Below are positions 20,723-30,826 of a DNA stretch of 64,000 nucleotides, piece by piece. Positions within the stretch are counted from its first letter, which is position 1, and the number at the start of each line of letters is the position of its first letter. Origin of the DNA: an uncultured Candidatus Saccharibacteria bacterium (GTDB lineage: Bacteria; Patescibacteriota; Minisyncoccia; Phycocordibacterales; JAACPR01); the NCBI GenBank assembly GCA_964402215.1, contig CAYOAT010000001.1, positions 70,703 through 134,702 of the forward strand, given 5' to 3'. The position numbers and the translations under genes were made by a program. The notes below the pieces were generated by a model that ran no database searches, was not told the DNA's origin, and worked only from the letters and a program-made list of their open reading frames with translations.

Positions 20723-21952
20723 CTACCTGTTTCTTAAAATTTTATCAATCTTTTCAGCAATGATTTTGAAATCTTTTTCTTTTTTACCGCGTGTAGTTTC
20801 TGCTGCCGAACCAATTCTAATTCCCGACGGATCAAATGGAGAACGTGTATCAAATGGAATTGCATTTTTGTTTACAATAATTCCAGCCTTTTCTAATAAA
20901 GATTCAGCCTCTTTTCCGGTTAATCCACCGGCTCCCTTTTCATTTTTCGCACCACCATTCCAAACATCAATTAAAACCAAATGACTGTCTGTTCCGCCTG
21001 AAATAATTCTCCAACCAAATTTCTTTAATTCTGTGGCCAATATATTGGCATTTTTTACAACTTGTTTTGCATATTTTTTAAATGTAGGAGAAGCGGCTTC
21101 ACAAAGCGCTACTGCCACAGCGGCGATTTGGTTATTATGTGGTCCGCCTTGAAGACCCGGAAAAATTGCTTTGTTAATTTTTTTTGGAAATTCTCTTTCA
21201 TCAATTTTACTAAAAATTAATGCTGATCTTGGTCCACGTAGAGTTTTATGAGTTGTCGTTGTTACAACATCAGCATATTCAAATGGAGATGGATAAACTT
21301 TTCCCGCAACAAGCCCTGCGATATGTGACATATCGACCATTAAAATGGCGCCGCATGAATCAGCTACTTCCCTCATCTTTTTCCAATCAATTTTTCTTGG
21401 ATAAGCGGTATAACCAGAAACAATTAAATTTGGTTTTTCTTTTTGTGCCAACTCTTTTAGTAACTCATAATCTATTGTTTCAGTTTTTTGATCAACGCCA
21501 TATAGAACTGAATTCCAAAATGTGCCAGTCGCTGAAACTTTTTGCCCATGAGTTAAATGCCCGCCATGGTCTAGTGACATACCCATAATCTTTCCACGTG
21601 GTTTTATAAAACCATCAGCGGTTGTGCCACCGATCGGAACAAGAGCAAAGTAAACGGCAAAATTTGCTGGTGATCCAGAAAGAGATTGTACATTCACTGC
21701 CCATTTATCTTTACTTAGTCCAAAAAGTTTTAACGCACGAGCCTGACAAACTTCCTCAACAGAATCAATTACAGAATTTCCACCATAATATCTCTTTCGC
21801 GGATAACCTTCTGAGTATTTATTGGTTAAAACTGAACCGAGGGCTGACAAAACGTCCTTTGAAACATAATTTTCAGAAGCAATAAGATTTATTACTTTTT
21901 TCTGGCGCCGTGTTTCTTCCTTTATTAGATTTTCTATTTTTTTGTCTTTCAT
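20723..21952 (-). CDS. glyA: serine hydroxymethyltransferase
   Basis: LIASENYVS N-terminal signature, PLP-lysine region. Confidence 0.95.
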   Translation of the reverse strand: MKDKKIENLIKEETRRQKKVINLIASENYVSKDVLSALGSVLTNKYSEGYPRKRYYGGNSVIDSVEEVCQARALKLFGLSKDKWAVNVQSLSGSPANFAVYFALVPIGGTTADGFIKPRGKIMGMSLDHGGHLTHGQKVSATGTFWNSVLYGVDQKTETIDYELLKELAQKEKPNLIVSGYTAYPRKIDWKKMREVADSCGAILMVDMSHIAGLVAGKVYPSPFEYADVVTTTTHKTLRGPRSALIFSKIDEREFPKKINKAIFPGLQGGPHNNQIAAVAVALCEAASPTFKKYAKQVVKNANILATELKKFGWRIISGGTDSHLVLIDVWNGGAKNEKGAGGLTGKEAESLLEKAGIIVNKNAIPFDTRSPFDPSGIRIGSAAETTRGKKEKDFKIIAEKIDKILRNR

Positions 21953-21966
21953 TTATATAAAGCTTA

Positions 21967-22665
21967 TCACGAAATAATAATGTTGCTTTTATGGCGATTA
22001 TTCAATTTTTCATAAATAATAATAACAATCGATATTAATGCCATTCCATAAATAAAATCTTCAATTGGGATACTTATTATATTAATGTTTGTCTTCAAAA
22101 AGGTATTGTAAATCACAACTGGTCTTGCTGTAAGATAAAGATTGAATATAAAAGTTAAAATATTTACAACTCCAAATATAAAAATCAAAAAATGTTTTTG
22201 TAAAAAAAGTTTTGTTTTTAATATTGAATCGACGACGATTACTAAAAAGAAAACTGATAAAACAACGCCAGAATATATTTTACCGATAAATAATGAGAAC
22301 GCAGCGCCTACTAAAATAAGTAACAGAAAAAGTGGATTCTTAAAAAATTTTATTTCTTTTATTTCAACAAAAAGTTTTTTATAGTTAACCCACAAAAACA
22401 AGCAAGCAAATGGTACCGAAATAAAAAATAAAACTTCCTCTATAGGAATCCTGCCGATCAAAAAACCGCTTATATATTTTTGATTAAAAGACCAAAAATA
22501 ATTTATTACTAGCTCATCCCAAATTACAAAAAAAATAAAAGCGCAAAGAATTGATAAAAACATTGGTTTTCGATTTAATTCTTTTGCTCTCTCGGGCAGG
22601 AACAGTAAGGCCAATATTGGTCCTAAAAAAACTATTATATTAAAAATAAAATATTCTATTTTCAT
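21967..22665 (-). CDS. polytopic membrane protein, tentative lycopene cyclase domain (CrtYcd-type, two repeats)
   Basis: two internal repeats each with PIEE/PIED..FF motif on TM helices; sits in a carotenoid operon. Confidence 0.4.
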   Translation of the reverse strand: MKIEYFIFNIIVFLGPILALLFLPERAKELNRKPMFLSILCAFIFFVIWDELVINYFWSFNQKYISGFLIGRIPIEEVLFFISVPFACLFLWVNYKKLFVEIKEIKFFKNPLFLLLILVGAAFSLFIGKIYSGVVLSVFFLVIVVDSILKTKLFLQKHFLIFIFGVVNILTFIFNLYLTARPVVIYNTFLKTNINIISIPIEDFIYGMALISIVIIIYEKLNNRHKSNIIIS

Positions 22666-23732
22666 GATTTTCTATTTGTTACATACACCAGCAATTCCAC
22701 TAATGAATTTTTGATATCTTCCCCTGTCGCCAGATTTTTTATTCTATTATTAGCTTTTTTTATATACTTTTCTTTGATTTTATCAATTTCTGTTTTGACT
22801 CCAAACTCTCTAAAAAGAGATCTGATTTTACCCAAATCATCCACACTTAAATTATCTTTTCCAAAAATACTGTCTAGAATTTTCTTTTTTGACTTTGGAA
22901 TTTTTTTATATAAGAAATATCGAATTAAATTTTTTGTATTTCTACTGATATCAATACCGGCTGTCTTGCCTATCTCTTTTTTTTCTCCAAATATACCAAT
23001 CTCATCATCAACTATTTGAAAAACAATGCCAATATCCTCACCAATTCTATCAAAGTCTGAGGTTACTTTCGTCGAAGAATCATTAAATAAAGAAGCCATC
23101 ACCAACGGCATTGAAAATGTGTACCTTGCTGTTTTATATAAATATATTTTTAATATGTTACTTGAATTTGGCTCTATATTTGAAGCACCAAAAAAAACAT
23201 CATCGATTTGACCTAACCCAGTCTGAGAATAGTCGTTCAATAGTTTTTTAATTATATGTTCTCCATTTTTTAAACCAGAAACAGCAGAGTTAAATAATTG
23301 AAAAGCCATAAAAAATGCCATATCACCAACAGAAATGGCTATCGATTTCGCTGTTTGCACTTCATTATCTTTAACGCTTTTTTTAATATCATTAATATAC
23401 TGTGCGTGAATTGATGGTTTGCCTCGGCGAAAAAGATCGTCGTCCATAATGTCGTCATGTATGAGAAGCGCGGAATGGGCAATTTCCATGGCTACAGCAA
23501 AATTAAGTAGTCTATCTTTATCTTGGAATCCGAGTCGCTCGGCTGTATAAACAAAAAGAGTACCCCTGATACTTTTACCCCTAGTTGCAAACTCCCCCAA
23601 TCTATCTATCGCTTTTCTCTGCGTCTCACCACAATAACTGTACTCATGTTTTTTATGAGAGATAAATTTTTTAATAGCCCGATCAATTTCTTTTTTAATC
23701 CTAGAAATTTGTTTTAAATACGACTCATCCAT
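22662..23732 (-). CDS. trans-polyprenyl diphosphate synthase (GGPP/FPP synthase family)
   Basis: first Asp-rich motif LIHDDIMDDD and second motif FQIVDDEIG. Confidence 0.85.
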   Translation of the reverse strand: MDESYLKQISRIKKEIDRAIKKFISHKKHEYSYCGETQRKAIDRLGEFATRGKSIRGTLFVYTAERLGFQDKDRLLNFAVAMEIAHSALLIHDDIMDDDLFRRGKPSIHAQYINDIKKSVKDNEVQTAKSIAISVGDMAFFMAFQLFNSAVSGLKNGEHIIKKLLNDYSQTGLGQIDDVFFGASNIEPNSSNILKIYLYKTARYTFSMPLVMASLFNDSSTKVTSDFDRIGEDIGIVFQIVDDEIGIFGEKKEIGKTAGIDISRNTKNLIRYFLYKKIPKSKKKILDSIFGKDNLSVDDLGKIRSLFREFGVKTEIDKIKEKYIKKANNRIKNLATGEDIKNSLVELLVYVTNRKS

Positions 23733-24568
23733 ATGATTGTTTGTTTTAGGGAAATTAATATAATTTTAAAAATTGATGGCTTAACTTTTTTTCTAAATAT
23801 AATTGTCGGGTCCTTATAGATTTCATCTATAATACTTTCATATATATTTGCAACTATTTTAATGGATAGTTTAAGTCGTCTTGGAATATATGATATAGAT
23901 TCCTTGCTCTCATGTAAAATACTTTTTGATCGATCAAGCTGAAAACGAATGAAAGAAATAAATTCGCTATTCTGATTGTTGGACACCTCTTCTGTAATGA
24001 TTTTTGGTAAATTAAATTTATCCAATTCATCTATGGGTAGAAAAACTTTGCCGGATGTTTCGTCTTCAGAAATGTCTCGAATAATATTTACAAGTTGCAT
24101 TGCGTGGCCCATTTTCTTTGCCCCATCAAAAGCATTTTCCGGTAAACACATGACATATGACATAAAAATACCAATAACATCAGCCACGCCATAAACAAAT
24201 TTACAAAGCTCTTCATATGATTCGTATGACCTTTTGAAAAGGTCAATGTCTTGGGACTTAAAATATTCCATAACAAAAGAATGATCAATTTTTCTTCTAT
24301 TTATCAGCTCTGCAAATGAATCGATATGTGCAATGCCGGATTGTTGGCCGGACAAACTATTAATTGTGGCATTTTTCAATTTACTAAATGATTCATAATC
24401 GGGCGGACTTGAATCAACATAATCATCAGAAATTCTAAGAAATGTATACAAAGAGTAAACATCTTTTCTTATTTTTTTTGGGAAAAACAACGACGAGATG
24501 TAGAAGGTTTTGCTTGATTTTTTTATTGAATCTGAATTAGGTTGTATATTTTTTTGAATCATTGTCAA
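23714..24568 (-). CDS. phytoene/squalene synthase family (CrtB/CrtM-like)
   Basis: Asp-rich RISDDYVDS, YGVADVIG, QLVNIIRDISED motifs. Confidence 0.8.
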   Translation of the reverse strand: MTMIQKNIQPNSDSIKKSSKTFYISSLFFPKKIRKDVYSLYTFLRISDDYVDSSPPDYESFSKLKNATINSLSGQQSGIAHIDSFAELINRRKIDHSFVMEYFKSQDIDLFKRSYESYEELCKFVYGVADVIGIFMSYVMCLPENAFDGAKKMGHAMQLVNIIRDISEDETSGKVFLPIDELDKFNLPKIITEEVSNNQNSEFISFIRFQLDRSKSILHESKESISYIPRRLKLSIKIVANIYESIIDEIYKDPTIIFRKKVKPSIFKIILISLKQTIIWMSRI

Positions 24569-26033
24569 AAATCAGATTAGCAACAATCTGTGCTGAAATC
24601 AAAGTAGTAGGCATTCCAACACCAGGGTTTGTATACTGGCCAACGAAATAGAGATTATCAACTTTTTTACTGAAATTTTTTGGTCGAAACATTGCTGTTT
24701 GGAAAAGCGTATGTGCGATACCAAATGCCGATCCTTTATAGGCATTGTAATCAGAAATAAAGTCACGATGTGAGTAAACTCTCTTTATTTTAATATGATT
24801 TTTTATATCTTCTCCAATAAGATTTTCCAAATGAGAAATAATTTTATTTGTCTCCTCTTCCCGTGTTGAATCGTCATCAATTAATCCTGCCGCAACTGGT
24901 ACAAGTATCATTACTGTTTCGTGACCTACTGGCGAAACAGAAGGATCGGTCTTTGAAGGAACATGAACATAATATGATGGATTTTCTGGCCACTTTGGAT
25001 TCTTGTAAACTTTTTCAAAACTTTTTTCCCAAGAATTGTTGAAATATAAATTATGATGTTCAAATTTTTCAAGTTTCTTATCTAAACCAAGATAAATAAT
25101 AAAACCCGATGGTGATAATACCCTCTTTGACCAAAATGACTCATCGTGAGTCTGCCATTCTTTTTCTAACAACTGAGTTTCTACAAAATGATAATCCGCG
25201 TTACACACGATGATATCTGATGAATATTCATCGTTCCCGCAAAAAACAGATTTTGCTTTTCCATTTACTACATTGATTTTTGTTACAGCACAATTTGTTT
25301 TTATATTAACACCAAATTCAACACAAATTTTTTCTAGAGCTTTAACAACCTCATGGATTCCGCCCATCGGATAATATATGCCTTGATTAAAATCCGTATG
25401 TGAAATTAATTCATAAAAGGCGGGCGTATTATATGGAGAACCCCCAAGAAAAACTGTCGTGAATTCAATTATTTTTTGTAATTCAGGATTTTTGAAATAA
25501 AAAGAAACATCTTTATGAAACGATTTAATAAAATCTAATAATGGGAGTTTTAATAAAAATTTAATATTAAATAATGGTTTCAGTCTTTTGTAACTAAAAT
25601 AAACCATTTTATCCATGGAAAGGTCATAAAGTTTTTTTGCTTTTTTTAAATATTTTTCTAACTTTCCACCGGAACCACTTTCCACTTTTTCAAACTGTTC
25701 TTTTATATCTTCGATGTTATTGGTGATTAAATAACTATTTCCGTTATCATAAAAAACTTTGTAGTGAACATCTAACTTCCTCAAATCTAGATAATCTAAA
25801 ATATTTTTGTCGAGTTTTTTAAAAAGATTTTCAAAAACATCCGGCATCATGTACCACGATGGTCCCATATCAAATATATATCCATCAACAATATATTTTC
25901 TCGCCCTACCACCTAACATAATATTTTTCTCTAAAATAGTGACCTTGTTACCGTCCTTGGCCAATAAAGCCGCCGTGGCTAGTCCACCGATCCCCCCGCC
26001 CACGATAACTATGTTTTTATTTTTTAATTCCAT
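24537..26033 (-). CDS. phytoene desaturase family FAD oxidoreductase (CrtI/CrtN-like)
   Basis: N-terminal Rossmann GGGIGGLATA...GGRA...FDMGP; C-terminal NLYFVGQYTNPGVGMP. Confidence 0.85.
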   Translation of the reverse strand: MELKNKNIVIVGGGIGGLATAALLAKDGNKVTILEKNIMLGGRARKYIVDGYIFDMGPSWYMMPDVFENLFKKLDKNILDYLDLRKLDVHYKVFYDNGNSYLITNNIEDIKEQFEKVESGSGGKLEKYLKKAKKLYDLSMDKMVYFSYKRLKPLFNIKFLLKLPLLDFIKSFHKDVSFYFKNPELQKIIEFTTVFLGGSPYNTPAFYELISHTDFNQGIYYPMGGIHEVVKALEKICVEFGVNIKTNCAVTKINVVNGKAKSVFCGNDEYSSDIIVCNADYHFVETQLLEKEWQTHDESFWSKRVLSPSGFIIYLGLDKKLEKFEHHNLYFNNSWEKSFEKVYKNPKWPENPSYYVHVPSKTDPSVSPVGHETVMILVPVAAGLIDDDSTREEETNKIISHLENLIGEDIKNHIKIKRVYSHRDFISDYNAYKGSAFGIAHTLFQTAMFRPKNFSKKVDNLYFVGQYTNPGVGMPTTLISAQIVANLIFDNDSKKYTT

Positions 26034-26045
26034 ATATTAATAATA

Positions 26046-26531
26046 CTATCTCTTAAATTCCTTTTCGCTCGTATCCAAAAGATAAACATTTTTTATGTTG
26101 GCCCCAATAATTTTGTCCCAGCAGGGTTTACAACACCACCAATGTCCCCACAAATACAAATCGGCGTCGATCGGGTTTTTGCCGTTCTTTATGGCATCTT
26201 TTATAGCTCTCTGTTCACTGTGATCAGAATATTTGGCACACCCAGGACAAGCCCAATACTTCGTACCAGTCTTTATTTTAAGGAGACGTCTAATACACCA
26301 CCCACGCTTGTGCCATTCATTTAAAAGCTTTATATGGCCCAATGGAGCACGGTTAGCGGCCTTACCCAATATCTGCCCGTCTTTTGCTACTACTGAGCCT
26401 GTCGGTTGACCAAAATCTGTTGATTCTTTCATGGCGGTTTCCTTGGCCAAAGCCATAAATTTGTCAGTTATTGGGACATAAAAAATTTGACGCCCTTCTG
26501 GTAAATACGGGTAATTTGTCATATTCAACAT
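26046..26531 (-). CDS. dCMP deaminase-like zinc deaminase with extra Cys cluster
   Basis: HSEQRAI (HAE-like) and CCKPC (PCxxC-like) motifs; additional CPGC upstream. Confidence 0.6.
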   Translation of the reverse strand: MLNMTNYPYLPEGRQIFYVPITDKFMALAKETAMKESTDFGQPTGSVVAKDGQILGKAANRAPLGHIKLLNEWHKRGWCIRRLLKIKTGTKYWACPGCAKYSDHSEQRAIKDAIKNGKNPIDADLYLWGHWWCCKPCWDKIIGANIKNVYLLDTSEKEFKR

Positions 26532-26596
26532 TATATAAGATTTTAAAATTATTTTAATCTTATTTAATTATTTTTAAGTGTTATAATCTTTTTTAT

Positions 26597-27433
26597 ATGA
26601 CAAAATTTGATCAAATTTATCAGAAAATCCTGAAAGACATAATGACGAATGGGATCAAAGAATATTCCGAGAGAACTAAAATGGAATGTTCAGTTTTGCC
26701 GGGAATTCATTTCTCGATTGATCCAGAAAAAGATGGCTTCCCCCTACAAACTCTACGAAAAATTCCACTAAAATCTATTATTGCTGAACAAATTTGGTTT
26801 TTAAGTGGTGCACGAAAACCAGAAGATTTTTTACGCGATTACACAAAAATTTGGGATGCTTTTACTAACCCTGGAGACGTTGTTACTGTCGCCTATGGAT
26901 ATAGATGGAGAAAACATTTTGGCCGTGACCAAATCGCCGCATTAATAAAATTATTAGAAAAAGAACCTAGTTCAAGACAAGCCGTTGTCGTAACCTGGGA
27001 TCCAGGACAAGACGGTTTAGGCGCAGCAAAAAAAGCTAACGTCCCCTGTCCTTATACTTTTACTGTAAATATTATTGGTGGAAAATTACATTTACATAAT
27101 ATGGTGAGATCAAATGACATGGTACTTGGATTTCCATTTGATGTTGCAGGATTTTGTTTGCTTCAATATATTTTGGCACAAAAATTAGGAGTGGGTGTTG
27201 GAACTTATTCTCACTCGATTTCAAATGCTCATATTTATGAAAATCATTATGCTGGGGCGAAGGAAGTTATAAAAAGAAAACACGATCACGAACCAATAAA
27301 ATTAGTTCTTCCAAAAAATAGTTTTGCTCGTGCTGAAAAGAAAGATAAAAAACTTCTTGACGAAATTTTTGAAAATCTTAATAAACAATATCATCCTTTA
27401 GAAAATATTAGCGGTTTAATAATATCAAAATAA
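26597..27433 (+). CDS. thyA: thymidylate synthase (ThyA family)
   Basis: ThyA-like N-terminus (DGFPLQTLRKI), PCP... catalytic Cys region, RSNDMVLGFPFD. Confidence 0.8.
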   Translation: MTKFDQIYQKILKDIMTNGIKEYSERTKMECSVLPGIHFSIDPEKDGFPLQTLRKIPLKSIIAEQIWFLSGARKPEDFLRDYTKIWDAFTNPGDVVTVAYGYRWRKHFGRDQIAALIKLLEKEPSSRQAVVVTWDPGQDGLGAAKKANVPCPYTFTVNIIGGKLHLHNMVRSNDMVLGFPFDVAGFCLLQYILAQKLGVGVGTYSHSISNAHIYENHYAGAKEVIKRKHDHEPIKLVLPKNSFARAEKKDKKLLDEIFENLNKQYHPLENISGLIISK

Positions 27434-27435
27434 AT

Positions 27436-28116
27436 ATGTCAGTCTTAACAAACAAACAAATATTAGAAAGAATCAGAAATGGCGATATTACTTTTAAACC
27501 ACCTCTTGATGAATTTCAATTGCAAGCTCACGCGGTTGATTTGCGACTTGGTTACACTTTTATGATTCCAAAAAGCTGGCACCTAACCGAAAACGGCCGA
27601 GAGTCATTACGAGTTGATCATTTGAATAGTGAGAATGTTTCTAATTTATATGATGTTGTAGAGCTTGAAAAAGGCCAATATTTTGAGCTTTTACCAGAAG
27701 AGCACGTTCTAGCTGCAACTTTTGAATCAATCAAATGGCCAGATGATTTGATGTCTGTTTTGTATCCTAAATCTTCAACAAATCGTCGAGGTCTTTCCGT
27801 TGATTTAACTGGAATTGTTGATGCGGGATATGAAGGACAATTAATTATCCCAATCAGAAACAATACAAGTGCTCATTCAATCAGACTTTATCCTGGAGAA
27901 AGATTTTGCCAAATCACTTTTCATGAATTATGTGAACCAGCTAGAAAACCAAAAGGAACATATCACCAAAAAGATGTTGTCGAGGGTTTTATCTTAAATA
28001 AGAAATACAAAGATTACGATATGATCAAAAAAGGTCAGATCTTGGAGATGAAAGAAAAATACAAAATCGATTTAGATAAGGAAAAAAATGGAAACAAAAA
28101 ACAATCCAAAAATTAG
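27436..28116 (+). CDS. dcd: dCTP deaminase with Lys-rich C-terminal tail
   Basis: dUTPase-superfamily dCTP deaminase N-terminus MSVLTNKQILERI and DLRLGY motif. Confidence 0.75.
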   Translation: MSVLTNKQILERIRNGDITFKPPLDEFQLQAHAVDLRLGYTFMIPKSWHLTENGRESLRVDHLNSENVSNLYDVVELEKGQYFELLPEEHVLAATFESIKWPDDLMSVLYPKSSTNRRGLSVDLTGIVDAGYEGQLIIPIRNNTSAHSIRLYPGERFCQITFHELCEPARKPKGTYHQKDVVEGFILNKKYKDYDMIKKGQILEMKEKYKIDLDKEKNGNKKQSKN

Positions 28117-28603
28117 TTTGATTGTTGCGATAGCAAAAGGTTCTCGAACCATTGGAAAAGAAGGCGGTGGAATTCCTTGGCATATCAGTGAGGATTTTAA
28201 ATATTTTAAAAATATTACGACTGGTCATCCGATGATTATGGGTCGAGTTACTTGGGAATTATTTGGCGGTAAGCCACTTCCCAACCGAACCTCTATTGTC
28301 GTGACAAATAATCCTAATTACAAAGTTCCGGATGGACACTTTGTATGCGGATCAATCGAAGCGGCAATCGAAAAAGCCCGTGAACTTGATTCAAATGAAA
28401 TTTTTGTAATCGGCGGAGCAAGTATTTACGAGGCGGCAATGAAATACGCTAACAGAATTTATGTGACGATCGTTGATGTAGATATTGATGGTCCCGCAAA
28501 ATTCCCCGATTATGTTGCTGCCGGTTTTGCAAAAATAGTTTCCAGTCGAGATTCCAGTGAAGGAGATTATAGATATACCTTTCAAGTTGTTGAAAAAAAC
28601 TAA
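28088..28603 (+). CDS. folA: dihydrofolate reductase
   Basis: ISLIVAIA...GGIPWH...MGRVTWE motifs; overlaps dcd 3' end. Confidence 0.85.
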   Translation: METKNNPKISLIVAIAKGSRTIGKEGGGIPWHISEDFKYFKNITTGHPMIMGRVTWELFGGKPLPNRTSIVVTNNPNYKVPDGHFVCGSIEAAIEKARELDSNEIFVIGGASIYEAAMKYANRIYVTIVDVDIDGPAKFPDYVAAGFAKIVSSRDSSEGDYRYTFQVVEKN

Positions 28604-28695
28604 AGCAACCAAAAAACCATAATATTTTTTGAGTTCCTCCGCAGGGTAAATCCCGAGGACTAGAACGAACAAAAGTATTATGGTTTTTTAATTAT

Positions 28696-29118
28696 TTATT
28701 TAACTTCTACACCCATTGAGCGGCAACTTCCCTCTATAGTTCTAGCCGCGGCTTCAACAGAACTAACATTCAAATCAGCCATTTTCTTTTTTGCAATTTC
28801 AAGAATTTGAGCTTTTGTAATTGTGCCTGCTTTTGTAGTTTTATTAGCACCGGAACCTTTATCTTTTCCAATAGCTTTTAAAATAAGAGCTGCTGCTGGT
28901 GCAGTTTTGTATTCCAATTTAAAACTTCGATCTTCAAAAACAGTAATAATTGTTGGAACAACTTCACCCATTCTGTCTTTGGTTTCAGTGTTGAATTTGT
29001 TAATAAATTCACCAATGTTAATACCTGCCTGACCCAAGGTTGGACCTAAAGGTGGAGCTGGTTTTGCTTGACCGCCGATTGCTTGAACTTTTATAACTTT
29101 TTGTATTTTCTTAGCCAT
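28696..29118 (-). CDS. rplK: 50S ribosomal protein L11
   Basis: near-canonical L11 sequence (PPLGPTLGQAGINI). Confidence 0.95.
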   Translation of the reverse strand: MAKKIQKVIKVQAIGGQAKPAPPLGPTLGQAGINIGEFINKFNTETKDRMGEVVPTIITVFEDRSFKLEYKTAPAAALILKAIGKDKGSGANKTTKAGTITKAQILEIAKKKMADLNVSSVEAAARTIEGSCRSMGVEVK

Positions 29119-29141
29119 AATTTGTGTTTCGTGATATTAGC

Positions 29142-29687
29142 TTAAATTTTCTTAACTTGCAAGAAATCAAGTTCAACAGGAGTTTCTCGACCAAACATCG
29201 AAACGTTTACCTTGATTTTTCCTCGAGATTCATCAATTTCTTCAACTCGACCTTCTAATTCCTTGAATGGGCCATCAACAATCATCACAACGTCACCAGC
29301 AATCAAATCAATTTTATGTTTTGCTGTATCAGTTTTCATTCTACCGAACAAATCATCAACTTCTTTTTTTGATAATGGAACTGGAAATACTCCTGATCCA
29401 ACGAAACCAGTAACACGTGGCGTGTTTCGTACGACATACCAAGAGTCGTCGGTCACAATCATGTCGACCAAAACGTACCCAGGATAAATCTTTTCATCAA
29501 CTTCTACTCTTTTGTTTCCTTTTATTTTAATTTTCTTTTCTGTTGGAACAAGAACATTAAAAATTTTCTCTTCCATAGCAAGAGATTCAATTCTTTGTGC
29601 CAAGTTTTTTGCTACAGCATTTTCGTATCCAGCATATGTGTGGATCGCATACCAATTTCGTTCTCGTGTTGGTTGTTGTTTTGACAT
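29142..29687 (-). CDS. nusG: transcription antiterminator NusG
   Basis: NGN domain WYAIHTYAGYEN and KOW domain. Confidence 0.95.
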   Translation of the reverse strand: MSKQQPTRERNWYAIHTYAGYENAVAKNLAQRIESLAMEEKIFNVLVPTEKKIKIKGNKRVEVDEKIYPGYVLVDMIVTDDSWYVVRNTPRVTGFVGSGVFPVPLSKKEVDDLFGRMKTDTAKHKIDLIAGDVVMIVDGPFKELEGRVEEIDESRGKIKVNVSMFGRETPVELDFLQVKKI

Positions 29688-29691
29688 GTTT

Positions 29692-29874
29692 TTATTTTAC
29701 GAAGAAATTTTTGATAATATCCACGAAAATAAAATCGAAAAATCCAAGATATAGAGATACAGCAAAAGAAATTATTACAACAAGCAATGTATAAACCATT
29801 GTTTGTTTTTTTGATGGCCAGCTAACGTGTTTTAATTCACCTGTTGTGTCTTTGAAGAAATTTATTAATCCCAT
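29692..29874 (-). CDS. secE: preprotein translocase subunit SecE
   Basis: 60-aa single-TM protein immediately upstream of nusG. Confidence 0.85.
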   Translation of the reverse strand: MGLINFFKDTTGELKHVSWPSKKQTMVYTLLVVIISFAVSLYLGFFDFIFVDIIKNFFVK

Positions 29875-29891
29875 AATTTTGTTTGGTTATT

Positions 29892-29912
29892 TAAAAAAGC
29901 CCTTTCGGGGCT
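29892..29912 (-). terminator. rho-independent terminator
   Basis: AGCCCCGAAAGGGCT hairpin followed by T6 on minus strand. Confidence 0.6.
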
Positions 29913-29965
29913 ATGTGAATAGCGTACCACCAAGGGCTTTTTTAGTCAAATTAAGGAGATTCTAA

Positions 29966-30769
29966 TTATTTTATTTCGTAACCAATGTAAATTGTGTATG
30001 TCACAACTTGTTCACCCGATGGAACATCTGGTGTTACAGAAGATTCGGCAGACATCATCATTCCTTTTCCATAAGCATTACCCATACCATCGTCATACAT
30101 TGGGTAATATCCTTGATCTTCACTGAAACTAATAATTTTACCAAGTTTTATATCAAGACTTTTTGCTAATTCCTCAGCTTTTGCTTTAGCATTTTCGATT
30201 GCCTTCATTTTAGCTTCTTCCTTAAGTGAATCAGGATCGTCAGTTGTAAAATTTAAACCACCAACATTTGAAATACTAATTGCACCTATTCCAGATAACA
30301 ATTCACCAGCTTTTGATGTATCTCTAATTTTAACAGTAACTGTCTGGCTGATTTCATATCCAATAATTTCCTGATGACCTTGTGGGCAATATCCGTTTTT
30401 ACAAGAGTCCTGAATCCATTGAGTTTTTGGATAAACGCTGTATCCAGCAGTTTTTAAATCTTTTTCTTCTACACCGTTATCCTTCAAATATTTCAAAGCC
30501 TTATTAATTTTTTCTGATGCCATTGTCTGAGCTGACTTAACGTCTTCAGATGTTTCAGTCACAGTAAAATCAAATGTAGCAATATTTGGTATAACAGTTA
30601 CCTCTCCTTTTCCTGTTACAGAAATACTGTTCATGTAAATATCGTTACCGGCAGCATTAATTGATATAACAACTAAATATACTGATAACAATACGGCCAC
30701 AACCATAATCGCAGATGCTATCGCGCCTAGCGCAAACTGCCAATTTTCAAATATTTTTTTATAATTCAT
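29966..30769 (-). CDS. SIMPL/DUF541 periplasmic protein (YggE-like)
   Basis: N-terminal TM, SIMPL-like repeated beta-alpha region. Confidence 0.65.
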   Translation of the reverse strand: MNYKKIFENWQFALGAIASAIMVVAVLLSVYLVVISINAAGNDIYMNSISVTGKGEVTVIPNIATFDFTVTETSEDVKSAQTMASEKINKALKYLKDNGVEEKDLKTAGYSVYPKTQWIQDSCKNGYCPQGHQEIIGYEISQTVTVKIRDTSKAGELLSGIGAISISNVGGLNFTTDDPDSLKEEAKMKAIENAKAKAEELAKSLDIKLGKIISFSEDQGYYPMYDDGMGNAYGKGMMMSAESSVTPDVPSGEQVVTYTIYIGYEIK

Positions 30770-30826
30770 ACTATTAAATTAACTAGTAATAATGTCTGAT
30801 TATACATCCCCCTAACTTTTTTGCAT

